From a virus (lineage: Duplodnaviria; Heunggongvirae; Uroviricota; Caudoviricetes): a stretch of DNA of 28,646 nucleotides. The DNA lies in the IMG/VR virus record IMGVR_UViG_2925914267_000001, positions 1-28,646 of that record; one strand, given 5' to 3'. Below the pieces are notes generated by a model. It ran no database searches. It was not told where the DNA came from and saw only the letters and a program-made list of their open reading frames with translations. The first letter of the stretch is position 1. Every line of letters starts with the position of its first letter. The translations under genes and the position numbers were made by a program. Of the stretch, positions 7,842-17,944 are shown in pieces.

Positions 7842-9614
7842 CAGTAAAACTCCAGAATGGTGGATGTCAGCGGGGTGCTGATACCGGCGGTGAGTGGCTC
7901 ATTTAACAGGGCGTGCATGGTCGCCCAGGCGAGGTCGGCGTGGCTGGCTTCCTCGCTGCGGCTGGCCTCATAGGTGGCGCTGCGTCCGCTGCTGGTCATG
8001 GTCTTGCGGATAGCCATAAACGAGCTGGTGATGTCGGTGGCGCTGACGTCATATTCCAGACAGCCACGGCGGATAACGTCTTTTGCCTTGAGCACCATTG
8101 CGGTCTTCATTTCCGGCGTGTAGCGGATATCGCGCGCGGCGGGATAGAACGAGCGCACGAGCTGGAACACGCCGACACCAAGGCCGGTGGCATCAATACC
8201 GATGTATTCGACGTTGTATTTTTCGGTGAGTTTGCGGATGGATTCCGCCTGAGTGGCAAAGTCCATGCCTTTCCACTGGTGACGCTCAAGTATTCTGAAT
8301 TTGCCACCGACCACCACCGGCGGTGCCAGCACCACGCATCCGGCGCTGTCGCCACGGTGTGACGGGTCGTAACCAATCCATACCGGACGTGAGCCGAACG
8401 GATTTGCGGCAAACGGCGCATAGTCTTCCCATTCTTCCAGCGTGTCGACCATGCAGCGTTGCAGCTCCTCGAACGGGAACACCGACGCCTTGTCGTCAAC
8501 AAATTCACACATGAACAGGTTTTTTAAAATCGTCGGCGCTGTTTTCACGTTTGAGCTGCTCAATGTCGAACAGTGTGCAGCCACCTTTCAGGGCGTCCTC
8601 AATGGTGACAATCTGCCGCCACTGGCCGTCCGCACAGAGAAGACCTCCGGCAAGGGCGTTATGACTGACGTCGATTTCCACGCGTTCGGCGGCGCTGGCG
8701 CGTCCCCGGTTAAACAGTTCACCGGACCAGAACGGATAGGCGTCGTGCGCCAGCGTGGACGGGGTGGAGAAATAGGTCGAGCGCAGGTGACTCTGTGAGG
8801 CCATACCTGATGCCACCTTACGCAGTACCTGAAAATTCGGGATCCAGAAAATCTCGTCGACGTACAGGTCGCCGTTATGGCTCTGCGCGGTGTTGGAGTT
8901 GGTGCCGAGAAAAATCAGTTTTGCGCTGTTATTGCCCAGGACAATCGGGTCACCGGTCAGGTCAACGTCAACCAGCCGGGCAAAGGCGATGATGTATTCG
9001 CGGAACACATACGCCTGCGTTTTACTGGCCGACAGAAAAATCTGGTTATGACCGGTTTTCAGGGCGCGCAGCAGCGCCTCGCGGGAAAAATAAAACGTCG
9101 CGCCAATCTGGCGGGATTTCAGGATATCGCGGATGCGGTGCTCAAGCCCGGCGCGATACCAGTGCAACTGATAGTCGAAAGACTGCTCAAAGAAAATCTG
9201 CTCCAGCTTTTCGATGGCCTCGTCACTGAAAAAATTCTTTTTCGGTTTGCGACGCCCGCCTTTGTTGCGGTTAGCGACGTTCGGATTAAGGTCTGCCTCG
9301 TTGCCGGTCTGACTGTAGCGGTTGACCCGCGCCAGCCGTTCAATCTGGCGTCCCAGCAGGTCAATTTCCTTGAAGTCACCGCCGGTTTTCTGCGGTTTGA
9401 TGATGAGCTGGGTCAGCCGCGCTTCCAGACTCATTTCGACACGGCTGATGGGGGCAACGCTGTCCCAGCCGTCGCGCTGTTTCCAGCTCTGCACCGTCGG
9501 GCGTTTCATCTGCAACATGGCGGCAATCTGCGGCACGGAAAACCCCTGCCAGTACAGCAGCGCCGCCTGACGACGCGGGTCGTGTAAAAGAGTGGTGTCT
9601 GTGGTGATGGTCAT
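7841..9614 (-). pseudogene. P: terminase large subunit gene P, frame interrupted once
   Basis: ORFs 8505-9644 and 7841-8584 together match the 590-aa P2 gpP; ATG at 9614 (MTITTDTTLLHDP) after GAGG; break at the T6/A6 run 8519-8524; stop overlaps the Q start. Confidence 0.8.
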
Positions 9615-9787
9615 GAATACCTCGCCGTGATGAATACACGGCAAGGCTACTGAGTCGCGCCCCGCGATTCGCTAAGGTGCTGTTGTGTCAGTGATAAGCC
9701 ATCCGGGACTGATGGCGGAGGATGCGCATCGTCGGGAAACTGATGCCGACATGTGACTCCTCTAATCACTATTCAGGACTCCTGACA
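9615..9787. promoter_or_regulatory. divergent late-promoter region between P and O (Ogr-dependent in P2)
   Basis: Intergenic region between divergently oriented P and O. By P2 knowledge it holds the two late promoters, but I found only imperfect TGT-N12-ACA-like dyads. Confidence 0.35.
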
Positions 9788-10641
9788 ATGGCAAAAAAAG
9801 TCTCAAAATTCTTTCGTATCGGCGTTGAGGTGACACCTGTGACGGGCGTGTCATCAGTGCGCAGGATATTCAGGAAATGGCCGAAACCTTTGACCCGCGT
9901 GTCTATGGTTGCCGCATTAACCTGGAACATCTGCGCGGCATCCTGCCTGACGGTATTTTTAAGCGTTATGGCGATGTGGCCGAACTGAAGGCCGAAAAGA
10001 TTGACGATGATTCGGCGCTGAAAGGCAAATGGGCGCTGTTTGCGAAAATCACCCCGACCGATGACCTTATCGCGATGAACAAGGCCGCGCAGAAGGTCTA
10101 CACCTCAATGGAAATTCAGCCGAACTTTGCCAATACCGGCAAATGTTATCTGGTGGGTCTGGCCGTCACCGATGACCCGGCAAGCCTCGGCACGGAATAC
10201 CTGGAATTCTGCCGCACGGCAAAACACAACCCCCTGAACCGCTTCAAATTAAGCCCTGAAAACCTGATTTCAGTGGCAACGCCCGTTGAGCTGGAATTTG
10301 AAGACCTGCCTGAAACCGTGTTCACCGCCCTGACCGAAAAGGTGAAATCCATTTTTGGCCGCAAACAGGCCAGCGATGACGTCCGTCTGAATGACGTGCA
10401 TGAAGCGGTGACCGCTGTTGCTGAACATGTGCAGGAAAAACTGAGCGCCACTGAGCAGCGCCTCGCTGAGGTGGAAACCGCCTTTTCCGCACTTAAGCAG
10501 GAGGTGACTGACAAGGTGGATGAAACCAGCCAGGCATTCACCCGCCTGAAAAACAGTCTCGACCACACCGAAAGTCTGACCCAGCAGCGCCGCAGCAAGG
10601 CCACCGGTGGTGGCGGTGACGCCCTGATGACGAACTGCTGA
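9788..10641 (+). pseudogene. O: capsid scaffold gene O, frame interrupted once
   Basis: MAKKVSKFFRIGVE from ATG 9788, then a frame change near 9827-9831 (GAGGTGAC, one G short), then a continuous P2 gpO match to 10641; reconstructed length 284 aa. Confidence 0.8.
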
Positions 10642-10699
10642 CCGGCGTCAGTCAGTCCGGGAAAACCTTCACGATTAACCCTTAATTTCAGGAAAAACT

Positions 10700-11772
10700 A
10701 TGCGCCAGGAAACCCGCTTTAAATTTAATGCCTACCTGTCCCGTGTTGCCGAACTGAACGGCATCGACGCCGGTGATGTGTCGAAAAAATTCACCGTTGA
10801 ACCGTCGGTCACCCAGACCCTGATGAACACCATGCAGGAGTCCTCTGATTTTCTGACCCGCATCAATATTGTGCCGGTCAGCGAAATGAAAGGGGAAAAA
10901 ATTGGCATCGGTGTCACCGGCTCCATTGCCAGCACCACCGACACCGCCGGTGGCACCGAGCGTCAGCCGAAGGATTTTTCGAAGCTGGCGTCAAACAAGT
11001 ACGAATGCGACCAGATTAACTTCGATTTTTATATCCGCTACAAAACGCTTGACCTGTGGGCGCGTTATCAGGATTTCCAGCTCCGTGTCCGTAACGCCAT
11101 TATCAAACGTCAGGCTCTTGATTTAATCATGGCCGGTTTTAACGGTGTGAAGCGTGCCGAAACCTCTGACCGCAGCAGTAACCCGATGCTGCAGGATGTG
11201 GCGGTCGGCTGGCTGCAGAAATACCGCAATGAAGCCCCGGCGCGCGTGATGAGTAAGGTCACTGACGAGGAAGGCCGCACCACCTCTGAGGTTATCCGCG
11301 TGGGTAAGGGCGGTGATTATGCCAGCCTTGATGCACTGGTGATGGATGCGACCAACAACCTGATTGAGCCGTGGTATCAGGAAGACCCTGACCTTGTGGT
11401 GATTGTGGGGCGTCAGTTACTGGCGGACAAGTATTTCCCCATCGTTAACAAGGAGCAGGACAACAGCGAAATGCTGGCCGCTGACGTCATCATCAGCCAG
11501 AAACGCATCGGTAACCTGCCAGCGGTACGCGTCCCGTACTTCCGGCGGATGCGATGCTCATCACGAAGCTGGAAAACCTGTCCATCTACTACATGGATGA
11601 CAGCCATCGCCGCGTGATTGTGGAAAACCCGAAACTCGACCGCGTGGAGAACTACGAGTCAATGAACATTGATTACGTGGTGGAAGACTACGCCGCCGGT
11701 TGTCTGGTGGAAAAAATTAAGGTCGGTGATTTCTCCACACCGGCTAAGGCGACCGCAGAGCCGGGAGCGTAA
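10700..11772 (+). pseudogene. N: major capsid protein gene N, frame interrupted once
   Basis: ORFs 10700-11617 and 11554-11772 together match the 357-aa P2 gpN; break near 11540-11548 (TTCCGGCGG, one C short). Confidence 0.8.
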
Positions 11773-11775
11773 CCG

Positions 11776-12561
11776 ATGACGAGTCCCGCACAGCGCCACA
11801 TGATGCGGGTCTCGGCAGCGATGACCGCGCAGCGGGAAGCCGCCCCGCTGCGACATGCAACTGTCTATGAGCAGATGCTGGTTAAGCTCGCCGCAGACCA
11901 GCGCACACTGAAAGCGATTTATTCAAAAGAGCTGAAGGCCGCGAAAAAACGCGAACTGCTGCCGTTCTGGTTGCCGTGGGTGAACGGCGTGCTGGAACAG
12001 GGCAAAGGTGCACAGGATGACATTCTGATGACGGTCATGCTGTGGCGTCTGGATACCGGCGATATTGCCGGTGCGCTGGAGATTGCCCGTTATGCCCTGA
12101 AGTACGGTCTGACCATGCCGGGTAAACACCGCCGCACTCCGCCGTACATGTTCACCGAGGAGGTGGCGCTTGCGGCCATACGCGCTCACGCTGCCGGTGA
12201 ATCCGTGGATACCCGCCTGCTGACGGAGACCCTTGAACTGACCGCCACGGCTGACATGCCTGATGAAGTGCGCGCAAAGCTGCACAAAATCACCGGTCTG
12301 TTTCTGCGTGACGGTGGTGATGCCGCCGGTGCGCTGGCTCACCTGCAACGTGCGACCCGGCTCGACTGTCAGGCAGGCGTCAAAAAAGAGATTGAACGAC
12401 TGGAGCGGGAGCTGAAACCGAAGCCGGAGCAGCAACCCAAAGCGGCCACCCGTGCCACGCGTAAGACCCGGAGCGTGACACCGGCAAAACGTGGACGCCC
12501 GAAAAGAAAGCCAGTTAACAACCGAATGCGCCCCGCGCCAGGGCGGCACGCCGGTCAGTGA
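11776..12561 (+). CDS. M: terminase small (endonuclease) subunit
   Basis: 261 aa; MTSPAQRHMMRVSAAMTAQREAAPLRH... matches recalled P2 gpM; position after N. Confidence 0.85.
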   Translation: MTSPAQRHMMRVSAAMTAQREAAPLRHATVYEQMLVKLAADQRTLKAIYSKELKAAKKRELLPFWLPWVNGVLEQGKGAQDDILMTVMLWRLDTGDIAGALEIARYALKYGLTMPGKHRRTPPYMFTEEVALAAIRAHAAGESVDTRLLTETLELTATADMPDEVRAKLHKITGLFLRDGGDAAGALAHLQRATRLDCQAGVKKEIERLERELKPKPEQQPKAATRATRKTRSVTPAKRGRPKRKPVNNRMRPAPGRHAGQ

Positions 12562-12617
12562 GGGTGAATCACCTGACACTGCACCGGCGTCCACCGCCCG
12601 ACTTTTCAGAGGTAGTC

Positions 12618-13127
12618 ATGATGACGCTGATTATTCCGCGAAAGGAGGCTCCCGTGTCCGGTGAGGGTACGGTGGTCATCCCGCAACCGGCAGGCGACGA
12701 GCCGGTGATTAAAAACACGTTCTTTTTTCCCGATATCGACCCGAAGCGCGTCCGGGAACGTATGCGCCTTGAGCAGACCGTCGCCCCCGCCCGTCTGCGT
12801 GAGGCCATCAAGTCAGGCATGGCTGAAACGAATGCGGAGCTGTACGAGTACCGTGAACAGAAAATTGCCGCCGGTTTTACGCGTCTGGCGGACGTCCCGG
12901 CGGACGATATCGACGGTGAAAGCATCAAAGTTTTTTACTACGAGCGCGCCGTGTGTGCGATGGCGACCGCGTCGCTTTATGAGCGTTATCGCGGTGTGGA
13001 TGCCAGTGCAAAAGGCGACAAGAAGGCCGACAGCATAGACAGCACTATTGATGAGCTGTGGCGGGATATGCGCTGGGCAGTGGCGCGTATCCAGGACAAG
13101 CCGCGCTGCATCGTGAGTCAAATCTGA
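12618..13127 (+). CDS. L: head completion / stabilisation protein
   Basis: 169 aa from ATG 12618 (MMTLIIPRKEAP) after GAGG; stop overlaps the X start (TGATG). Confidence 0.85.
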   Translation: MMTLIIPRKEAPVSGEGTVVIPQPAGDEPVIKNTFFFPDIDPKRVRERMRLEQTVAPARLREAIKSGMAETNAELYEYREQKIAAGFTRLADVPADDIDGESIKVFYYERAVCAMATASLYERYRGVDASAKGDKKADSIDSTIDELWRDMRWAVARIQDKPRCIVSQI

Positions 13128-13330
13128 TGAAGACCTTTGCGCTACAGGGCGACACGCTCGACGCCATTTGTGTCCGGTATTACGGGCGCACTGAGGGCGT
13201 GGTTGAGACCGTGCTCGCCGCAAATTCGGGACTGGCTGAACTGGGTGCGGTGCTGCCACACGGCACCGCCGTCGAACTGCCCGACGTTCAGACCGCGCCC
13301 GTGGCTGAAACTGTCAATCTGTGGGAGTAA
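13127..13330 (+). CDS. X: tail protein X
   Basis: 67 aa MKTFALQGDTLDAICVRYYGRTEGVVETVLAAN... matches P2 gpX. Confidence 0.85.
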   Translation: MKTFALQGDTLDAICVRYYGRTEGVVETVLAANSGLAELGAVLPHGTAVELPDVQTAPVAETVNLWE

Positions 13331-13333
13331 CGC

Positions 13334-13615
13334 ATGACAGCAGAAGAAAAAAGCGTCCTGTCGCTTTTCATGATTGGGGTGCTGATTGTTGTCGGCAAGG
13401 TGCTTGCCGGTGGTGAACCCATAACCCCGCGTCTGTTTATCGGGCGCATGTTGCTCGGTGGTTTTGTCTCGATGGTTGCCGGTGTTGTTCTGGTGCAGTT
13501 TCCTGACCTGTCACTGCCTGCGGTGTGCGGCATCGGTTCCATGCTGGGTATCGCCGGTTATCAGGTGATTGAGATTGCCATTCAGCGTCGCTTTAAGGGC
13601 AGGGGGAAACCGTAA
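13334..13615 (+). CDS. Y: holin
   Basis: 93 aa with hydrophobic helices; position and sequence match P2 gpY. Confidence 0.85.
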   Translation: MTAEEKSVLSLFMIGVLIVVGKVLAGGEPITPRLFIGRMLLGGFVSMVAGVVLVQFPDLSLPAVCGIGSMLGIAGYQVIEIAIQRRFKGRGKP

Positions 13616-14112
13616 TGCCGGTTATTAACACGCATCAGAATATCGCCGCCTTTCTCGACATGCTGGCCGTGTCCGAAGGGACGGCGAATCATCCGCTGAC
13701 GAAAAACCGGGGCTATGACGTGATAGTCACCGGACTGGACGGGAAGCCGGAAATTTTCACCGACTACAGTGACCACCCGTTCGCGCATGGCCGACCGGCG
13801 AAGGTGTTTAACCGTCGCGGTGAAAAGTCCACGGCCTCCGGTCGCTATCAGCAGCTTTACCTGTTCTGGCCGCACTACCGCAAACAGCTTGCCCTGCCGG
13901 ATTTCAGTCCGTTGTCACAGGACAGACTCGCCATTCAGTTGATCCGCGAACGCGGTGCACTGGATGACATCCGGGCGGGACGCATTGAGTGCGCCATTTC
14001 ACGCTGTCGCAATATCTGGGCGTCCCTGCCGGGTGCCGGTTACGGTCAGCGTGAGCATTCACTGGAAAAACTGGTCACCGTCTGGCGTACCGCTGGCGGC
14101 GTACCGGCTTAA
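13615..14112 (+). CDS. K: endolysin (lysozyme)
   Basis: 165 aa; matches P2 gpK in sequence and position after the holin. Confidence 0.85.
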   Translation: MPVINTHQNIAAFLDMLAVSEGTANHPLTKNRGYDVIVTGLDGKPEIFTDYSDHPFAHGRPAKVFNRRGEKSTASGRYQQLYLFWPHYRKQLALPDFSPLSQDRLAIQLIRERGALDDIRAGRIECAISRCRNIWASLPGAGYGQREHSLEKLVTVWRTAGGVPA

Positions 14113-14126
14113 ACGGAGTAAACACC

Positions 14127-14552
14127 ATGAAGAAATTATCCCTTTCACTGATGCTGAACGTGTCGCTGGCGCTGATGCTGGCACTGTCCCTGATTTACCC
14201 GCAGAGCGTGGCCGTCAGTTTTGTCGCTGCCTGGGCGATTCTGGCGATGATTATTTGTGTGGTTGCCGGTGGTGTCGGCGTGTATGCCACGGAGTATGTA
14301 CTTGAACGCTACGGGCGGGAGCTGCCACCGGAATCGCTGGCCGTGAAGATTGTCACGTCGCTGTTTTTGCAGTCGGTGCCGTGGTGCAGACGGGCGGCGG
14401 CTCTGGTAGTGATGGTGGCGACGTTTATCTCGCTGGTTGCCGCCGGGTGGATTTTTACTGCGCTGATTTATCTCGTGGCGTCGCTGTTTTTCCGGCTGAT
14501 ACGCACGGCCTGCCGTCAGCGTCTTGAGGGGCGGGAACTATGTCAAAGCTGA
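14127..14552 (+). CDS. lysA: LysA, membrane lysis-timing protein
   Basis: 141 aa, multiple hydrophobic helices; P2 lysA position. Confidence 0.8.
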   Translation: MKKLSLSLMLNVSLALMLALSLIYPQSVAVSFVAAWAILAMIICVVAGGVGVYATEYVLERYGRELPPESLAVKIVTSLFLQSVPWCRRAAALVVMVATFISLVAAGWIFTALIYLVASLFFRLIRTACRQRLEGRELCQS

Positions 14553-14965
14553 TGATTGCACTGGTCGTGTTGTTATCGCTGGCGGTGGCGGGGCTGTTTC
14601 TGGTGAAGCATGAAAACGCCAGACTGCGCTACTCGCTGGACAGGGCGAACAGCGTCGCCAGCGGGCAGCAGACGACCATCACCATGCTGAAAAATCAGCT
14701 TCATGTTGCCCTCACCAGGGCAGACAAAAACGAGCTGGCGCAGGTGGCACTGCGTCAGGAACTGGAGAACGCCGCGAAGCGTGAAGCACAGCGCGAGAAA
14801 ACCATCACGAGGTTACTGAATGAAAACGAAGATTTTCGCCGCTGGTACGGCGCTGGCCTGCCTGATGCTGTGCGCCGGTTGCACCAGCGCCCGGCCTGCG
14901 CCGACGCCAGTGATTGTCCACAACGCCTGCCCGAAAGTGAGCCTTTGCCCGATGCCGGGCAGTGA
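14540..14965 (+). CDS. lysB: LysB, Rz-like inner-membrane spanin
   Basis: 141 aa with N-terminal TM helix and coiled-coil-like body; P2 lysB position. Confidence 0.8.
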   Translation: MSKLMIALVVLLSLAVAGLFLVKHENARLRYSLDRANSVASGQQTTITMLKNQLHVALTRADKNELAQVALRQELENAAKREAQREKTITRLLNENEDFRRWYGAGLPDAVRRLHQRPACADASDCPQRLPESEPLPDAGQ

Positions 14966-15110
14966 CCCGGAGACGAACGGCGATTTAAGTGCTGATATCC
15001 GGCAGCTTGAGAACGCGCTGGCACGCTGTGCCAGCCAGGTAAAAATGATTAAACACTGTCAGGACGAAAACGATGCTCAAACCCGACAGCCTGCGCAGGG
15101 CGCTGACTGA
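14820..15110 (+). CDS. lysC: LysC, Rz1-like outer-membrane lipoprotein spanin, partly embedded out of frame in lysB
   Basis: 96 aa; signal peptide with lipobox (LCAGC); Pro-rich; begins inside lysB in another frame. Confidence 0.75.
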   Translation: MKTKIFAAGTALACLMLCAGCTSARPAPTPVIVHNACPKVSLCPMPGSDPETNGDLSADIRQLENALARCASQVKMIKHCQDENDAQTRQPAQGAD

Positions 15111-15540
15111 TGCCGTCACGGTGCTGAAAACTAACCCCGATATGCTGCGGATATTCGTGGATAACGGGAGTATTGCCTCCACACTGGCGACGTCGCTGTC
15201 ATTCGAAAAGCGTTACACGCTCAATGTGATTGTGACCGACTTTACCGGTGATTTTGACCTGCTCATTGTGCCGGTGCTGGCGTGGCTGCGGGAAAATCAG
15301 TCCGACATCATGACCACCGACGAAGGCCAGAAAAAGGGCTTCACGTTTTATGCAGACATCAACAATGACAGCAGCTTTGATATCAGCATCAGCCTGACGC
15401 TGACCGAGCGCACGCTGGTCAGTGAGGTGGACGGCGCACTGCATGTGAAGAATATCCCGGAACCCCCGCCGCCGGAGCCGGTTACCCGCCCGATGGAGCT
15501 GTATATCAATGGCGAACTGGTGAGCAAGTGGGATGAATGA
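15073..15540 (+). CDS. R: tail completion protein R
   Basis: 155 aa; matches P2 gpR in length and order. Confidence 0.85.
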   Translation: MLKPDSLRRALTDAVTVLKTNPDMLRIFVDNGSIASTLATSLSFEKRYTLNVIVTDFTGDFDLLIVPVLAWLRENQSDIMTTDEGQKKGFTFYADINNDSSFDISISLTLTERTLVSEVDGALHVKNIPEPPPPEPVTRPMELYINGELVSKWDE

Positions 15541-15985
15541 GTTTAAGCGTTTTGAAGACCGGCTGGCCGGACTGACTGAATCGCTGTCACCGTCAGGGCG
15601 TCGGCGACTGAGTGCCGAACTGGCGAAACGTCTGCGGCAGAGTCAGCAGCGTCGGGTGATGGCACAGAAAGCCCCGGACGGCACACCCTACGTGCCACGC
15701 CAGCAGCAGAGCGCCAGAAAAAAGACTGGTCGTGTTAAGCGAAAAATGTTTGCGAAACTTATCACCAGTCGTTTTTTGCATATCCGCGCCAGCCCGGAGC
15801 AGGCATCAATGGAGTTTTACGGCGGGAAGTCGCCGAAAATCGCCAGTGTGCATCAGTTCGGTCTGTCGGAAGAAAACCGGAAAGACGGTAAGAAAATTGA
15901 TTATCCGGCGCGTCCTCTGCTCGGCTTTACCGGTGAGGATGTGCAGATGATTGAAGAGATTATCCTGGCTCACCTCGACCGTTAG
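15533..15985 (+). CDS. S: tail completion protein S
   Basis: 150 aa; matches P2 gpS in length and order. Confidence 0.85.
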   Translation: MNEFKRFEDRLAGLTESLSPSGRRRLSAELAKRLRQSQQRRVMAQKAPDGTPYVPRQQQSARKKTGRVKRKMFAKLITSRFLHIRASPEQASMEFYGGKSPKIASVHQFGLSEENRKDGKKIDYPARPLLGFTGEDVQMIEEIILAHLDR

Positions 15986-16051
15986 TTGTGCCATTCCCGA
16001 CACCTCATCGGCACATTGCCGCCGGTATGACCCGGCGGCATCCTTCCCGTT

Positions 16052-16687
16052 ATGAACACTCTCGCAAATATTCAGGAACTCGCGCGCGCACTGCGCAACA
16101 TGATCCGCACCGGCATTATCGTCGAAACCGACCTTAACGCCGGTCGCTGCCGTGTGCAGACCGGCGGCATGTGCACCGACTGGCTTCAGTGGCTGACCCA
16201 TCGCGCCGGGCGTTCGCGCACATGGTGGGCACCTTCCGTGGGGGAGCAGGTGCTGATTCTGGCCGTGGGCGGTGAACTTGACACGGCGTTTGTTCTGCCG
16301 GGGATTTATTCCGGCGATAACCCCGCGCCGTCTGCGTCGGCGGATGCCCTGCATATCCGTTTCCCTGACGGGGCGGTGATTGAGTATGAACCCGAAACTA
16401 GTGCACTCACGGTAAGCGGAATTAAAACGGCCAGCGTGACGGCTTCTGATTCTGTTACTGCCAGGGTGCCTGTGGTCATGGTGAAAGCATCAACCCGCGT
16501 CACCCTGGACACACCGGAGGTGGTCTGCACCAACAAGCTGATCACCGGCACGCTGGAAGTGCAGAAGGGCGGGACGATGCGCGGCAACATTGAACACACC
16601 GGCGGTGAACTCTCATCAAACGGTAAGGTACTGCATACCCATAAACACCCAGGAGACAGCGGCGGCACAACCGGGAGTCCTCTATGA
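16052..16687 (+). CDS. V: baseplate spike / assembly protein V
   Basis: 211 aa; matches P2 gpV. Confidence 0.85.
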   Translation: MNTLANIQELARALRNMIRTGIIVETDLNAGRCRVQTGGMCTDWLQWLTHRAGRSRTWWAPSVGEQVLILAVGGELDTAFVLPGIYSGDNPAPSASADALHIRFPDGAVIEYEPETSALTVSGIKTASVTASDSVTARVPVVMVKASTRVTLDTPEVVCTNKLITGTLEVQKGGTMRGNIEHTGGELSSNGKVLHTHKHPGDSGGTTGSPL

Positions 16688-17031
16688 CAGCACGTTATCT
16701 CGGAATGAATCGCAGTGATGGCCTGACTGTCACTGACCTTGAGCATATCAGCCAGAGTATCGGCGATATCCTGCGCACACCGGTCGGCTCACGGGTGATG
16801 CGTCGTGATTACGGCTCGTTGCTGGCATCAATGATTGACCAGCCGCAGACCCCGGCGCTTGAGTTGCAGATTAAGGTCGCCTGTTACATGGCGGTGCTGA
16901 AATGGGAACCCCGCGTCACCCTGTCATCCGTCACCACTGAGCGCAGTTTTGAGGGGCGAATGACGGTCACGTTAACCGGTCAGCACAACGACACCGGCCA
17001 GCCACTTTCGTTAACCATCCCTGTGAGTTGA
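16684..17031 (+). CDS. W: baseplate wedge protein W (gp25-like)
   Basis: 115 aa; matches P2 gpW; start overlaps the V stop. Confidence 0.85.
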   Translation: MTARYLGMNRSDGLTVTDLEHISQSIGDILRTPVGSRVMRRDYGSLLASMIDQPQTPALELQIKVACYMAVLKWEPRVTLSSVTTERSFEGRMTVTLTGQHNDTGQPLSLTIPVS

Positions 17032-17035
17032 AACC

Positions 17036-17944
17036 ATGCCGATTATCGACCTGAACCAGCTACCCGCACCGGATGTGGTCGAGGAGCTGGACTTTGAAAC
17101 CATTCTTGCCGAACGCAAGGCGACACTGATTTCCCTTTACCCGGAAGACCAGCAGGAGGCGGTCGCCCGTACCCTGACGCTGGAATCTGAGCCTCTCGTC
17201 AAACTGCTGGAGGAAAATGCTTATCGTGAGCTTATCTGGCGTCAGCGTGTGAATGAGGCCGCACGGGCGGTGATGCTGGCCTGTGCAGCCGGTAATGACC
17301 TTGATGTGATTGGTGCCAATTACAACACCACACGCCTGACTATCACCCCGGCAGATGATTCGACCATCCCGCCGACACCGGCAGTGATGGAGTCTGACAC
17401 CGATTATCGTCTGCGTATTCAGCAGTCATTTGAGGGCTTAAGCGTCGCCGGGTCGGTGGGAGCCTATCAGTATCATGGTCGCAGTGCCGACGGGCGTGTC
17501 GCGGATATCTCTGTCACCAGTCCGTCTCCGGCCTGCGTCACCATCTCCGTGCTGTCACGTGAAAATAACGGTGTCGCATCCGAAGACCTGCTGGCCGTGG
17601 TGCGTAACGCCCTGAATGGCGAGGACGTCAGACCGGTGGCCGACCGCGTGACCGTGCAGTCCGCCGCCATCGTTGAATACCAGATAAACGCCACGCTTTA
17701 CCTTTACCCTGGTCCCGAAAGCGAACCCATTCGCGCTGCCGCCGTGAAAAAACTGGAAGCGTATATCACGGCACAGCACCGGCTGGGGCGCGACATCCGT
17801 CTGTCTGCCATTTATGCCGCTTTGCATGTGGAAGGCGTGCAGCGTGTCGAGCTGGCCGCACCACTGGCCGACATTGTGCTCAACAGTACGCAGGCGTCTT
17901 TCTGCACCGAATACAGCGTCGTGACCGGAGGCTCGGATGAGTGA
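17036..17944 (+). CDS. J: baseplate assembly protein J
   Basis: 302 aa; matches P2 gpJ. Confidence 0.85.
   Translation: MPIIDLNQLPAPDVVEELDFETILAERKATLISLYPEDQQEAVARTLTLESEPLVKLLEENAYRELIWRQRVNEAARAVMLACAAGNDLDVIGANYNTTRLTITPADDSTIPPTPAVMESDTDYRLRIQQSFEGLSVAGSVGAYQYHGRSADGRVADISVTSPSPACVTISVLSRENNGVASEDLLAVVRNALNGEDVRPVADRVTVQSAAIVEYQINATLYLYPGPESEPIRAAAVKKLEAYITAQHRLGRDIRLSAIYAALHVEGVQRVELAAPLADIVLNSTQASFCTEYSVVTGGSDE

Noticed and set aside
8877-9587. 236-aa + strand ORF within the terminase region
   Set aside because: Antisense to the P gene, which has a strong P2 match; no ribosome-binding site and no recognisable motifs.
11923-12594. 223-aa - strand ORF overlapping M
   Set aside because: Antisense to the intact M gene; Arg/Gly-rich composition is consistent with a spurious frame.
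15806-16354. 182-aa - strand ORF spanning the S-V junction
   Set aside because: Overlaps two well-supported tail genes on the other strand; no independent support.
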